Shown: positions 25,143-37,497, counted from the whole stretch's first letter. The stretch: DNA of 63,021 nt, filler included, from Chiloscyllium plagiosum (GCF_004010195.1; 4 parts of one record of this genome joined end to end with filler, not necessarily neighbours in it), one strand, 5' to 3'. The notes: generated by a model from the letters alone, not told the origin. Translations and numbers: made by a program.

Positions 25143-25883
25143 ATAGAGCCATAGAGTCATAGAGAAGTACAGCACTGAAACAGACCCTTCGGTCCAACTT
25201 GTTCATGCTGACCAGATAACCTAATCTAGTCCCATTTGTCAGCAATTGGCACATATCCCTCTAAACCCTTCCTATTCATATACACACCCAAGTGCCTTTT
25301 AAATGCTGTAATTGTACTAGTCTCCACCATTTCCTCTGGCAGCTCATTCCACACACCATCCTTTGTGTGAAACCTTTTATACCTTTCTCCTCTCATCCTA
25401 AACCTACATCCTACAGTTTTGGACTCCTCCCCCCCACCACCACCCCACCACACACAGAGGGAAAAGTCTTTGTCTATTTATCCTATCCATGCCCATTATG
25501 ATTTTATAAACCTCTATAAGATCACCCCTTAACCCCCGGCGCTCCAGGAAAACAGCACATCTGCCACTTCTCAGCCCATTGGCCCATCTGATCAAGATCC
25601 CAATGTAATCTGAGGTAAGCTTCTTTGCTGTCCACTAAACTTCCAATTTTGGTGTCATCAGCAAACCTACTAACTATACCTCCTATGTTCATATGCAAAT
25701 CATTTATATAAATGTTGAAAAGTAGTGGACCCAATCACCAATCGTCTGTGGCACACCACTGGTGACAGGTCTCCAGTGTGAAAAGCAACCGTCCACCTCC
25801 ACCCTCTGTCTGCTACCTTGGAGCCAGTTCTGTATCCAAATGGCTAGTTATCCCTGTATTCCATGAGATCTAACCTTGCTAAC
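25143..25883 (-). mobile_element. CR1 LINE 3' fragment
   Basis: GPLLFNIYINDL...FADDTKIG; (actctatg) tail. Confidence 0.85.
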
Positions 25884-26784
25884 AGGGGACAAGCTGGATG
25901 TTTAAAAAGGAAATTGAAGGGAAAGTTAGAACAAGAGAAGTCAAGAAAGACAACTGTATCAATGAGGCAGAAAACTCAGAAAGGCATCATGCTGTAAGGT
26001 TGAGTGAAATAAGGGTTGATGGGAAGGGTGAGAGCAGTAACAAATTAAAAATACTATACATGAATGCACGAAGCATTAGACATAAAATGGATGAGCTTGA
26101 GGCTCTTTTGGAAATTGGCAGATACAATATTGTGGGGATAACAGAGACGTGGCTTCACGTGGACAGGGCCTGGGAAATGAATATTCAAGGCTACATGTGC
26201 TTTTGTAAGGACAGACTGACGGGCAGAGGGGGTGGGGTGGCCTTGTTGGTAAGGGACGATATTCAATCCCTTGCACGGGGGGACCTAGAGTCAGGGGATG
26301 TAGAGTCAGTGTGGATAGAGCTTCGAAATACTAAGGGTAAAAAGACCCTCTTGGCAGTCATCTACAGGCCCCCAAACAGTAGTCTGGATGTCGGATGTAA
26401 GTTAAATCAGGAGCTAAAATTGGCCTGTCGCAAAAATGTTACTACAGTTGTTATGGGGGATTTTAACATGCAGGTAGACTGGGAGAATCAGGATTGTATT
26501 GGGCCTCAAGAAAGAGACTTTGTGGAGTGCCTCAGAGATGGATTCTTAGAGCAGCTGGTGCTGGAGCTGACCAGGGAGAAGGCAATTCTGGATCTGGTAT
26601 TGTGTAACGAACCAGAATTGGTCAGAGACCTCGAAGTGAAGGAGCCATTGAGAAGTAGTGACCATAATACATTAAGCTCCAATCTGCAATTTGAGAGGGA
26701 GAGGGTACAGTCAGAACTGACAGTACTTCTGTTGAATAAAGGGAACTATGGAGCTATGAGGGAGGAACTGGCCAAAGTTCAATG
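25884..26784 (+). mobile_element. CR1 LINE ORF2 N-terminus (APE-like endonuclease), open to the contig end
   Basis: YMNARSI, GITETW, RGGGVALLV, IYRPP, MGDFN, ILDLVL, SSDHN. Confidence 0.9.
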
Positions 26785-26884
26785 NNNNNNNNNNNNNNNN
26801 NNNNNNNNNNNNNNNNNNNNNNNNNNNNTTAATTAATTAANNNNNNNNNNNNNNNNNNNNNNNNNNNNNNNNNNNNNNNNNNNN
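26785..26884. other. Assembly gap linker (44 N + TTAATTAATTAA + 44 N)
   Basis: Artificial six-frame-stop spacer. Confidence 0.97.
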
Positions 26885-27686
26885 CTGTGGAAAGCTAGAG
26901 AAGTGATTACTGGGCCTCTTGCTGAGATATTTGTATCATTGATAGTCACAGGTGAGGTGCCGGAAGAGTGGAGGTTGGCTAACGTGGTGCCACTGTTTAA
27001 GAAAGGTGGAAAAGACAAGCCAGGGAATTATAGATCAGTGAACCTGACGTCGGTGGTGGGCAAGTTGTTGGAGGGAATCCTGAGGGACAGGTTGTACATG
27101 TATTTGGAAAGGCAAGGACTGATTAGAGATAGTCATCATGGCTTTGTGCATGGAAAATCATGTCTCACAAACGTGATTGAGTTTTTTGAAGAAGTAACAA
27201 AGAGGATTGATGAGGGCAGAGTGGTAGATGTGATCTATGTAAACTTTAGTAAGGCGTTCAACAATGCTCCCCATAGGAGATTGATTAGTAAGGTTAGATC
27301 TCATGGAATACAGGGACAACCAGCCATTTGGATACAGAACTGGCTCAAAGGTAGAAGACAGAGAGTGATAGTGGAGGGCTGTTTTTCAGATTGGAGGCCT
27401 GTGACCAGTGGAGTGCCACAACGATCGGTGCTGGGTCCTCTACTTTCTGTCATTTACATAAATGATTTGGATGCGAGCATAAGAGGTACAGTTAGTAAGT
27501 TTGCAGATGACACCAAAATTGGAGGTGTAGTGGACAGCGAAGAGGGTTACCTCAGATTACAACAGGATCTGGACCATATGGGCTGGGTGCTGGCGGGTGG
27601 GACTAGATTGGGTTGGGATATCTGGTCAACAAGGACGGGTTGGACCGAAGGGTCTGTTTCCATGCTGTACATCTCTGTGACTCTAT
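26885..27686 (+). mobile_element. CR1 LINE RT fragment with internal deletion and 3' tail
   Basis: NYRSVNLTS, GVPQRSVLGP, FADDTKIG; jumps to the 3'UTR and ends ...ctctgtgactctat. Confidence 0.88.
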
Positions 27687-27781
27687 GAGATACAAACAGG
27701 AGTGTCAAGGGCTCTGCTTACTCTAAGACCCAACTCTGAACTAGCTGGATCAGTGTCATATACCATGCGATATAAATAAAG

Positions 27782-28010
27782 TTAAAAATTACACAACACC
27801 AGGTTGTAGTCCAACAGGTTTAATTGGAAATACGTTAGCTTCTGGAGTGCCGCTCCTTCATCAGGAGGTTGTGGAGGACACAATTGTAAGGCACAGAATT
27901 TATAGCAAAAATTTACAATGTGATGTAACTGAAATTATACATTGAAAAATACCTTGATTGTCTGTTGAGTCTTTCATCTGTTCGCATACCATGATAGTTT
28001 CACTTCTTTC
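27782..28010 (-). mobile_element. PLE pseudo-LTR fragment, family C (hammerhead-bearing), inserted in the Gypsy 5' LTR
   Basis: Minus strand cCTGATGAaggagcggcactccagaagcta (27836-27866); homologous copy at 60905-61028. Confidence 0.6.
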
Positions 28011-30952
28011 ATATGATTTACATGAAATGATGTGTGATTATGATTTAACCCGAGTTGAGATGCTGAGAGACTGGTATATTTGATTAATAATGTGACCACA
28101 CAAAAGTATCCACTAGCTGAAGCCCATTTGGACTTCAAACAGGCACTGCAATTGGCTTTGTCATCAGACAATTGACAAATGGAGCTAATGAGTTAAACGG
28201 TGTTCTGACTGAGGTGGACACCTTTGTCAGGCTGAAGGAGTTTAGGGAACACCACTAAAGTGAAGGCAACTGCACAGCCTCACTCCAGGACCTAACCCGA
28301 AAAAAAAAGAGGTTCTCGGTCAGCCCACAGCAAAACCCCCAAACAAAGCCAAGCCTTGGGCAAATGGTTAAAATTGTCTTGAGGTTCCAGGCCGGCAGGT
28401 CTATGGACAACCAAAGGGGACAAAGCTATTTTATATGTTGACCAAGAAGCAATTCCATAATTCTGCAATGCTTGTGCAGTGCCATTTGCCTTACGTGCGG
28501 AAGTAGAGGCAAAAATCAGAAGACTGAAAAGCGAAGGAAACATCAAGCCAGTACACTTTGCAGAATGGACAGCACTGATTATACCGCTTGTGAAGCCGGA
28601 TGGGTCGGTTCACCTTTGTGGGGAATTCAAACAAAGGGTAAACCGCTTTTTGCAGCTGGATAAATACCCAGTTCCTTGCATAGAGGATTTTCATGCAAAG
28701 CTTGGAGGGCACCTTCCTTCATGAATCTGGACATGAGACCTGTGTACCTGCAATTGCAATTAGATGAAAATTCCCAGAAGAACGCTACAATTAGTACCAT
28801 AAAGGGATTTATACAAATATACGAGATTGTCTTATCAGCCTGTGCCATTTTCCAGCAGAAAATGGAGAACATTTTACAAAGTCTACCTCAGGTAAAATTT
28901 AGAGAATTTGAATATAGTGCTTAAATGTTTCTCCAAGGCAGGGGTCCTCCATGTGAGGAGAAATGTATGTTCCAGGTACTCCAGGTGACCTACTTGAGCT
29001 ACTGAATTGACAAGCCAGGTTACACCCCCATTGAAAGATAAAGTGAAGGTGATTGAAGGTTCCCAGGCTCACACGTCTGTATCAGAGCTTAGATCTTTCC
29101 TTGGGTTGGTGAATCATTTCAGAAATTTCATATGTAACCTGGCCCCTATCCTCGCACCATTTCGAAAAAGGGTGAGTGGTGAAAATTATCTCATAGCCAA
29201 GATGTAGCCTTTACAGAAGTGAAGAAGCAGCTGTCGTCATTCACGGTGTTGACCACCATGCTCCCAAGCAAGCTGTGCTGCTGACATACGATGCCTCCCC
29301 ATACAGTATCGGGATAGTGTTGGCTCACTGGTGGCCAGCAAGAGGAATGCCCAATAACATATACTCCCTGGACTTTGGCTGATGCTGAACGAAGATCTGT
29401 CCAGATAGAGAAGGAAGGTTTGGCAGTCATCTTTTGGTGTGAGAAAGTCCCACCAATACTTTTACAGATGTAAATTTGTAATGGTAGTGGACCATATATG
29501 CCTGCTAGGGCTACTTAAAGAGGACAGGGCCAAGCCACCCATAGCTTCAGGTTGAAATTAGTGGTGGGCTCTCATTCTGAGTGTATATAATTATAATTTG
29601 AAATACCCATCTGGAAAACCAAGTGGCAAATGTGGATGCTTTGAGCCACCTTCACTGGCATTTACACCACTGGTCATGGTGCCAATATAAGAGTCCATTC
29701 TGGTTTTAAACTTCCGAGACACCCTTCTGTTCACTGCTGACAGTATCAGACTGTGGACATAAAAAGATCCAGTCCTGGAAAATCTTAATCAGCTGGTGGT
29801 GATGGGGGAAACAAAAGAGCCATCGCAACCAGAATTAAATACTTCTTGACCTAGCATACCATAGAGACCAGATCACCATAGAGGAACGCATATTACTATG
29901 GTGAGGAACAGTGGTTGTCCTGAGCAAAGGATATTGCTAAGCTCCACCAGGGTCATCCAGGCATTTGCAAATGAAGATGTTATATCTGATGGCCAGGATT
30001 GGATGCTGACATAACTGCACTGATGGGGCAGTGCCCAGAGTTCCAAAAAGGACAAAAATTACCATGAGCACTCCCCTACATTTGTGTGAATGGCCAAGTA
30101 AACCCTGGACTTGGTTACACATCGACTATGCTGGTCCTTTCATGGGCTGTATGTTTTTAGTCATTATGGACACCCATTCAAAATTGTTGGACATGCACAG
30201 AGTTCATTCGTCAGAGATGTGGACGATGATTGAAAAGTTGCAAACATCTTTTGCAATACACAGACTCCCAGAGGCGTTGGTCACAGACAATGGACTGTTG
30301 TTTACCAGCAGGGAATTTGAGTATTTCCTGAAGTTGAATGGCATTCGGTAGCTCCATAATATGCATCGTCCAATAGTCTAGCAGAAAGAGCAGTCCAAAC
30401 TTCGAAAACAGGCTTAAAGAAACAGCCTACAGCTTCACTCAATATTAAACTGTCCTGGTTCCTCCTCTAAGCAAGAGACACAATTTGCTTCAGGGGACAA
30501 AATTTAGTGTTGAAACCACGAGAATGGCCCTGCATGGGTAAGAGGTCAGGTCCCTTGATGGACAAAGTTCAGATAGGTGAGTAGGTCCTGAACAAGTGTA
30601 TGGACCATGTGAAAGCTGCAACCTCGCAAACAGAGCGTGAGCAAAACATATCCAGACCCTCAGAACATCCAGCAAGACTGTCAGAATCCGTGTGTTCTCC
30701 CCCTCTGCCCAGCATCAAAGAAACCCCTGAGGATGAGATAGACACATTAGATGTCGCAGGCTCAATGTCGTTGCGACTTGAAGAAGATGAGCTTAGCTGA
30801 GACACTATGGGCATAGGAGGTAGGCTATGGTCCAATGTACACCACCAATAGCTGAGGCAGAGTCGGACGAACCGGACCTGGTGTGAAAATGCCCAGGACA
30901 AGCTGTAGATAAAAAGAATGGGCTTATGTCCCAGGACTTAGATAGGGAGGAC

Positions 30953-31041
30953 TGTAGTGATTGGAATGAGGTCAACCAGGTAAACATCACAGGAACTATT
31001 AACCTGGTCGAATCAGGGAGTCCTGGCTGACAGAGATAAAC
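30953..31041 (+). promoter_or_regulatory. Gypsy 3' LTR, U3 half (CAAT-like gaatcaggg and TATA-like gataaac)
   Basis: Starts tgtagtg right after the purine tract. Ends at gataaac|aggag, the junction also seen in the 5' LTR remnant (gatacaaacaggagtgtc). Confidence 0.7.
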
Positions 31042-31048
31042 AGGAGAT

Positions 31049-31183
31049 CACCTGCACACACATACACACACACCATGGGTGCTGGGGGAAAAAAATAAGC
31101 ACTACCGCACTTAGGTGGTAGTGTGGGGGTAAGAAAGCAAAAAAAAGAAAAAAAGAAAAGAAAAAAAGAGAGAAAAAAGAGAA
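31049..31183 (+). mobile_element. Very short 5'-truncated A-tailed retroposon (Tx1-like 3'UTR) with 13-bp TSD
   Basis: TSD ataaacaggagat at 31036-31048 and 31184-31196; terminal hairpin cactaccgc-actta-ggtggtagtg; A-rich tail; similar to 40600-40650. Confidence 0.7.
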
Positions 31184-31197
31184 ATAAACAGGAGATT

Positions 31198-31414
31198 AAA
31201 TTGAATAAAGATTCATACACCTTGTGTCCCTCACTGTGTCTCACACCTGCACACACAACAACAAAAAAAACAGGAGTGTCAGAGGTTCTGTTCCCTCTGA
31301 GAGCTGGCTCTGGGGGAGGCGGATCAGTGTTGAGAGCTCTCCACACACAAATAAAGGGTGACTTGGTGACAGGATACTGGCCTCTGTGGAGTTGTTAAAA
31401 AAAAATTTAAAAAA
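31198..31414 (+). mobile_element. Tx1-like 3'UTR fragment plus polyadenylated downstream LTR segment (probable 3' transduction), 14-bp TSD
   Basis: ttgaataaagatt...tctcacacctgcacac (as at 40588-40628), A-run, LTR R/U5 31271-31396, then a second A-run; ataaacaggagatt at 31184-31197 and 31415-31428. Confidence 0.65.
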
Positions 31415-31420
31415 ATAAAC

Positions 31421-33252
31421 AGGAGATTCAGAGTCTCCTTAGTTTAGGGGACTGACTCTGTGCTGGCTGGTGTTACAGTCAGTATGTTACTGTTGCAGTT
31501 GGTTTCTGTTCCTTTTTTTCTGGGGTGGAAACCTGATTCCTGAACTGGCTGAATTATTTAGCCAGTTAGTTAACAGACATTCCTTTTAGTGAGGACTGAT
31601 TGTTAAACTCCTGATACACATAATGTGTTTCAGGTGTAACTCAGTTCTCATTAGGGGTTTGTTGTTTCACTGGCTGGTTACAGCCTGTGTGTTACTCTTT
31701 TCTCATTTTACTCTTTTGTGAAAAGAACAATGTTAGTTTTGTGATAGGGCTTAACCCTCGGACTCTAGTTTTCTTTGTCTTTTGTATGTGTCTTCACTTT
31801 TTATTGGTGTTTTGACTGAGCCCTTGTGGAAGACATACATTTTACCAGAGGAGCTGTTCCTGTGGGGAGGCCTAGCCCTGGACCTGTGTGCTGGGAGGTG
31901 AGCACGTGCTGTATCCTGGAGTTTGGGAGTACACTTTTCCTTTGGGAGTGGACCAAACCCCTGTGATTTAACTGCACCTGTACAATGTACTGTGTTCCTG
32001 TGAGTGGGCCTGGTTTTCCAAGGCTGGGCCAGGACTCCATGGAGACTGAACACCTGTGTGCTGTGCATTTGCTGCCTTCAGGAGTGGACTCTGCCCTTGG
32101 TTGCAGACTCTTTTTTTTTTTTAGCAACAGACTCTCCAGTTTGGAGTGGACTCTATTTCCGACAATGCACATTGTATACTGGAAATGGATTCTATGTTTT
32201 GAAGACTGTGTATAGATTTGTACTGTGTACCAGAAAGGACTGTTTTTTGGTAATTAACTGTATTGTGGTGTTTCCTGGGTGTATCACCTGCACTGTCTTG
32301 TGTGTCCTACGGTCTGGCAGGCCTTACTGTGAGCTGGGAGGCTCATGGGTTGTCCTGAAAGCTGTCGCCCTGAGAGCCAGAGGGTGTGTATGCCATCCTG
32401 TGAAGCTGAAGGTTGGTAGGCTGTCCTGAAAGCCAGAGGGTGGGTAGGCTGTTCTAAGCGCTATCGCCCCGCGAAGGGTTAGTCGGGACAGGCTGTCCTA
32501 GAGGTGATCGAAAGGTGTCGGAGCAGCCGAGAGCCAGAAGGTGCGTAGGGGCAGGCTGAGATCTGGAAGGTTGGTGGGCTACCCTGCACGTTGTTGTCCC
32601 AGGGAAGGGGAAGGGCTGTCCTAGAGGTGGCCGGAAGGTGTGCCAGGATAGCCCACTGGCTGGATGGTGCGTCAGGTGGGTAAGAGCCCAATGGTACGTA
32701 GGAGTGGGCTGAGAGCCAGAAGGCGGGTAACCGTCCTCAGCACTGTCACCCTGGGCAGGTACCGGGGCGGGCTGCCCCAGAGGTGGTCAATAGGTGCTGA
32801 GGGTGGTTAGTGAAGCCGCAAGGTGGGTAGGCCGTCCTGACTGCTGTCACCCCGGGCGGGTACCAGGGTGGGCTGTCCTAGAGGTGATCGAAAGGTGGGT
32901 CAGGGCGGACCGAGAACTGGAAGGGGCATGGGGCGGACTGAGAGCTAGAAGGTGGGTAGGGGCGGGCTGCCTTAGTGGTCGTAAGGTGGGAGGGACGGGG
33001 GCTTGCTGGGTCTGTATTGTATGCACCTTTTCTATGTAACTGGATTCTCCTTATGTACAAATGTCATTGTCACGGTCTTGTCATATGTGGAACTGGGATT
33101 TGAGGTTTGTCCTCATCTCCCTTTAAACTGGTTGAACGGTAGGGTTTGGGGTCTGGCTTTGCTGCTCCTCTCCCTTGTAAAATTGCTGTTGTATACAGCT
33201 GTAAATGTGAACCTTTTTTTTGTAAACTGTTTTGTAATTTGTTTAATAAAAT
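31421..33252 (+). repeat. Non-coding array unit 1 (~1.83 kb)
   Basis: Starts aggagattcagagtctcc; ends gtaatttgtttaataaaat; no long ORF. Confidence 0.9.
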
Positions 33253-35767
33253 AGGAGATTCAGAGTCTCCTTAGTTTAGGGGACTGACTCTGTGCTGGCT
33301 GGTGTTACAGTCAGTATGTTACTGTTAGTTTCTGCTTCCCTGATTCCTGAACTGGCTGACTTATTTAGCCAGTTTGTTAACGGACATTCCTTTTTAGTGA
33401 GGACTGATTGTTAAACTCCAGATGCACACAATGTGTTTCAGGTGTAACTCAGTTCTCATTAAGGGATTGTTGTTTCACTGGCTGGTTACAGCCTGTGTTT
33501 CTCTTTTTGAGAAAAGGATAATGTTAACTTTTTGGTAGGGCTTAGCCCTTGGACTCTAGTTTTCTTTGTTTTTTTTTTGTATCCTCACTTGTTTTTGGTG
33601 TTTGGACTGAGCCCTTGTGGAAGACATATGTGAGAAACAAAGCTCACACACGTCAATAATTGCAGTCCGAGACAATCTGAATCAGTAGTGTCCTTTATTT
33701 TACTCTTGCAAGAGGGTGTGATGTCCAGTGTCTATAAGGCAAGGGACATACACACCCCAAATTCAATTAATACCCAACATTTATATAATTTGGTTTCTTT
33801 TGTTTTACATTGCTCATCCCCATTTACATCTTCCACTTCCCTAAGACCGGCACCCATTACTCCTGTTTCTCTTGCCTTATCCAGCCTTGTCTATGACAAA
33901 ATGCTTATTTCTGGCTTCATAAGGCCGTTTGACCTCGTCCTGCTGTAGGTCATTGTTAGGCATGTTCTTTCTTCATCATTATCTACTCCCTCCATCTGTA
34001 CCTTCCCCTACCATACTGATCCTTATGACCTTTTAATTGGGGTTTGTTCCTGTGTTTCTGTAAAAATGGGAAACAGATGTTTATATCTACTGTTTGTACA
34101 GGTGTATCTATCTTAACTTCCTCCCTTCACCGCATCTTATCTATTTGCCTGTAATATCTACCATTGTTTTGCAGTCACGTTTCATTCTGGCATACAATTT
34201 TAGCTAATACAAAAACAATTATGTATTTTCTCCACATAGTTTCCATTCTTGTTGACTCAGCTCTTGGCTCAAACAATTACACACTGGTATGAATTCATTT
34301 ACTTTGTATAAGTAAATGGAATTGCAGAAGTAACACTCTTTTTCCCATATCCCACACATATGTTTTACCAGAGGAGCTGTTCCTGTGGGGAGGCTTAGCC
34401 CTAGGACTGGGCCTCTGAAGATTGAACACCTGTGTGTGTGCTGGGAGGTGAGCACATGCTGTATCCTGGAGTTTGGGAGAAAACCTTTGCTTCAGGAGTG
34501 GACTAAACCCCTGTGGGTTAACTGCACCTGTGCAATGTACTATGTTCCTGTGAGTGGGCCTGGTTTTCCAAGGCTGGCCCAGGACTCCATGGAGACTGAA
34601 CACCTGTGTGCTGCAGGGTATGCATTTGCTGCCTTCAGGAGTGGACTCTGCCCTTGGTTGCGGACTCTGTTTTTAGCAATGGACTCTGCAGTTTGGAGTG
34701 GACTCTATTTCCGATAATGCACATTATATATTGGAGTGGACTCTTCCTGGAAGTGGATTCTATATTTTGAAGACTGTGTATAGACTTGTACTGTGTACCA
34801 GAAAGGACTGTGGGTTTTTTTTGGTAATTAACTGTATTGTGTTTCCTGGGTCTATCACCTGCACTGTCTTGTGTGTCCCTGGGTCTGGCAGGCCTTACTA
34901 TGAGCTGGGAGGCTCATGGGTCATCCTGAAAGCTGTCACCCCGAGAGCCGGAGGGTGGTTAGGCCATCCTGTGAACCTGAAGGTTGGGAGGCTGTCCTGA
35001 AAGCCAGAGGGTGGGTAGGCCACCCTGATGCCAGTCACTCCGAGAGCCAGATGGTGGGTAGGCCGTTCTGAGCACTGTCGTCCCAAGAAGGGGGTCATCG
35101 GGACGGGCTGTCCGAAAGGTGTCGGAGCAGCCAAGAACCAGAAGGTGCGTAGGGGCAGGTTGAGTTCCGGAAGGCTTGTGGGCTACCCTGCACGCTGTCA
35201 TCCTCGGGAAGGGGTCAGGCTATCCTAGAGGTGACCGGAAGGTGTGCCAGGATAGCCCACTGGCTGGACGGCGCATCGGGGTTAGAGCCCAATGGTACAT
35301 AGGGGCAGACCAAGAGCCAAAAGGCAGGTAGCCATCCTCAGCGCTGTCATCCCGGGCAAGTACCAGGGCAGGCTGTCCTAGAGGTGGTTGAAAGGTGTGT
35401 CAGGGCGGACCGAGAACTGGAAGGGGCATGGGGTGGATCGAGAGCCGGAAGGTGTGTGGGGGCGGGCTGCCTTAGAGTGGCCGGAAGATGGGAGGGACAG
35501 GGGCTTGCTGGGTCTGTATTGTCTGCACTCTCTTTATGTAACTGGATTGTCTTCTGTATAAAGGCCATTGTCGCTGTCTTGTCATGCTTGAAACTGGGAT
35601 TTGAGGTTTGTCCTCATTTCCCTGTAAACTGGTTGAACAGTAGGGTTTGGGGCCTGGCTTTGCTGCTCCTCTCTCTTGTAAAATTGCTGTTGTATACAGC
35701 TGTAAATATGAACTGTTTTGGGTAAATGGTTTTGTAATTTGTTGAATTAAAAAAAAAGGAAAAAAAT
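33253..35767 (+). repeat. Non-coding array unit 2 (contains a 728-bp solo LTR)
   Basis: Same start; ends in an A-rich tail aattaaaaaaaaaggaaaaaaat. Confidence 0.9.
33629..34356 (-). mobile_element. Solo LTR (ERV- or Gypsy-type), 728 bp, 4-bp TSD
   Basis: Termini TGTGAGA...TCCCACA; TSD cata at 33625-33628 and 34357-34360; empty site gaagacata(c/t)...ttttacc in other units; TATA-like and AATAAA signals on the minus strand. Confidence 0.8.
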
Positions 35768-37497
35768 AGGAGATTGAGTCTCCTCAGTTTAGAGGACTGA
35801 TTCTGTGCTGGTTGGTGTTACAGTCAGTATGTTACTGTTAGTTCCTGCTTCCTTTTTTTTTTGGAGGACGAAACCTGATTCCTAAACTGGCTGAATTATT
35901 TAGCCAGTTTGTTAACAGGCATTCCTTTTTTAGTGAGGACTGATTGTTAAACTCCAGATGCACACAATGTGTTGCAGGCGTAACTCAGTTCTCACTAAGG
36001 GATTGTTGTTTCACTGGCTGGTTACAGCCTGTGTTACTCTTTTCTCTTTTACTGTTTGAGGAAAGGATGATAATTTTGTGGTAGGGCTTAGCCCTAGTTT
36101 CTTTTCTATGTGTCTTCACTTTTTATTGGTGTTTGGACTGAGCCCTTGTGGAAGACATACGTTTTACCAGAGGAGCTGTTCCTGTGGGGAGGCCTAGCCC
36201 TGGGACTGGGCCTCTGAAGATTGAACACCTGTGTGTGTGCTGGGAGGTGAGCACATGCTGTATCCTGGAGTTTGGGTGAAGACCTTGCCTTCAGGAGTGG
36301 ATCAAACCTCCTGAGAGTTAACTGCACCTGTGCAATGTACTGTGTTCCTGTGAGTGGGCCTGGTTTTCCAAGGCTGGGCCAGGACACCATGGAGACTGAA
36401 CACCTGTGGGGTGTGCATTTGCTGCCATCAGGAGTGGACTCTGCAGTTTGGTGTGGACTCCATTTTGGGCAACACACCTCAAACTGGAGTAGACTCCATT
36501 TCTGGAAATGGACTCTATTTTGAAAACTCTCCTTTCTGGTGCACATTCCAAATACTGTTTTTTGGTAATTACCTGTAGTATGGCATTTGTTGGGTCTATC
36601 ACTTGCACTGGATTGTGTCCCTGGGTCTGGCAGGCCTTAACTGTGAGCTGGGAGGCTCATGGGTCGTCCTGAAAGCAGTCACCGAGAGCCAGAGGGTGGG
36701 TAGGCCATCCTGTGAACCTGAAGGTTGGTAGGCTGTCCCGAAAGCCAGAGGGTGGGTAGGCCACCCTGATGTCAGTTGCTGCGAGAGCCAGATGGTGGGC
36801 AGGCCGTTCTGAGCGGTGTCGTCCCGAGAAGGGCTGATCGGGGCGGGCTGTCCTAGAGGTGGTCGAAAGGTGTCAGAGCAGCCGAGAGCCAGAAGGTGTG
36901 TAGGGGCAGGCTGAGTTCCAGAAGGCTTGTGCGCTACTCTGCACGCTGTCATCCCAGGGAAGGGGACGGGCTGTCCTAGAGGTGGCCGGAAGGTGTGCCA
37001 GGATAGCCCACCGGCCGGAGGCGCATCGGGGTGGGTGAGAGCCCAATGGTACGTAGGGGCAGACTGAGAGCCAGAAGGTGGGTAGCCATCCTCAGCGGTC
37101 ACCCCGGACAGGTACCGGGGTGAGTTGGCCCAGAGGTGGTGGAAAGGTGTCAGGGCAGACCGAGAACTAGAAGGGGCATGGGGTGGACCGAGAGCCAGAA
37201 GGTGGGTAGGGGTGGGCTGCCTTAGTGGTCAGAAGGTGGGAGGGATGGGGGCTTGCTGGGTCTGTATTGTTTGCACTTTATGTAACTGGATCATCTTCTG
37301 TATAAAGGTCATTGTTGCTGTCTTTTTATATTTGAAACTGGGATTTGTGGTTTGTCCTCATTTACCTGTAAACTAGTTGAACGGTAGGGTTTGGGGCCTA
37401 GCTTTGCTGCTCCTCTCCCTTGTAAAGTTGTTGTATACAGCTGTAAATGTGAACTGTTTTTTTATAAATTGTTTTGTAATTTGTTTAAATTATAAAC
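35768..37497 (+). repeat. Non-coding array unit 3 (~1.73 kb)
   Basis: Same start; ends ...gtttaaattataaac. Confidence 0.9.

Noticed and set aside
26785..26884. TTAATTAATTAA palindrome inside N runs (also 53969-54068, 59413-59512)
   Set aside because: Artificial contig linker with stops in all six frames; ORFs running into it are artefacts.
34636..34810. Short repeats with variable spacers resembling a CRISPR array
   Set aside because: Repeats are only 7-12 nt, degenerate and irregularly spaced; vertebrate context and no cas genes.
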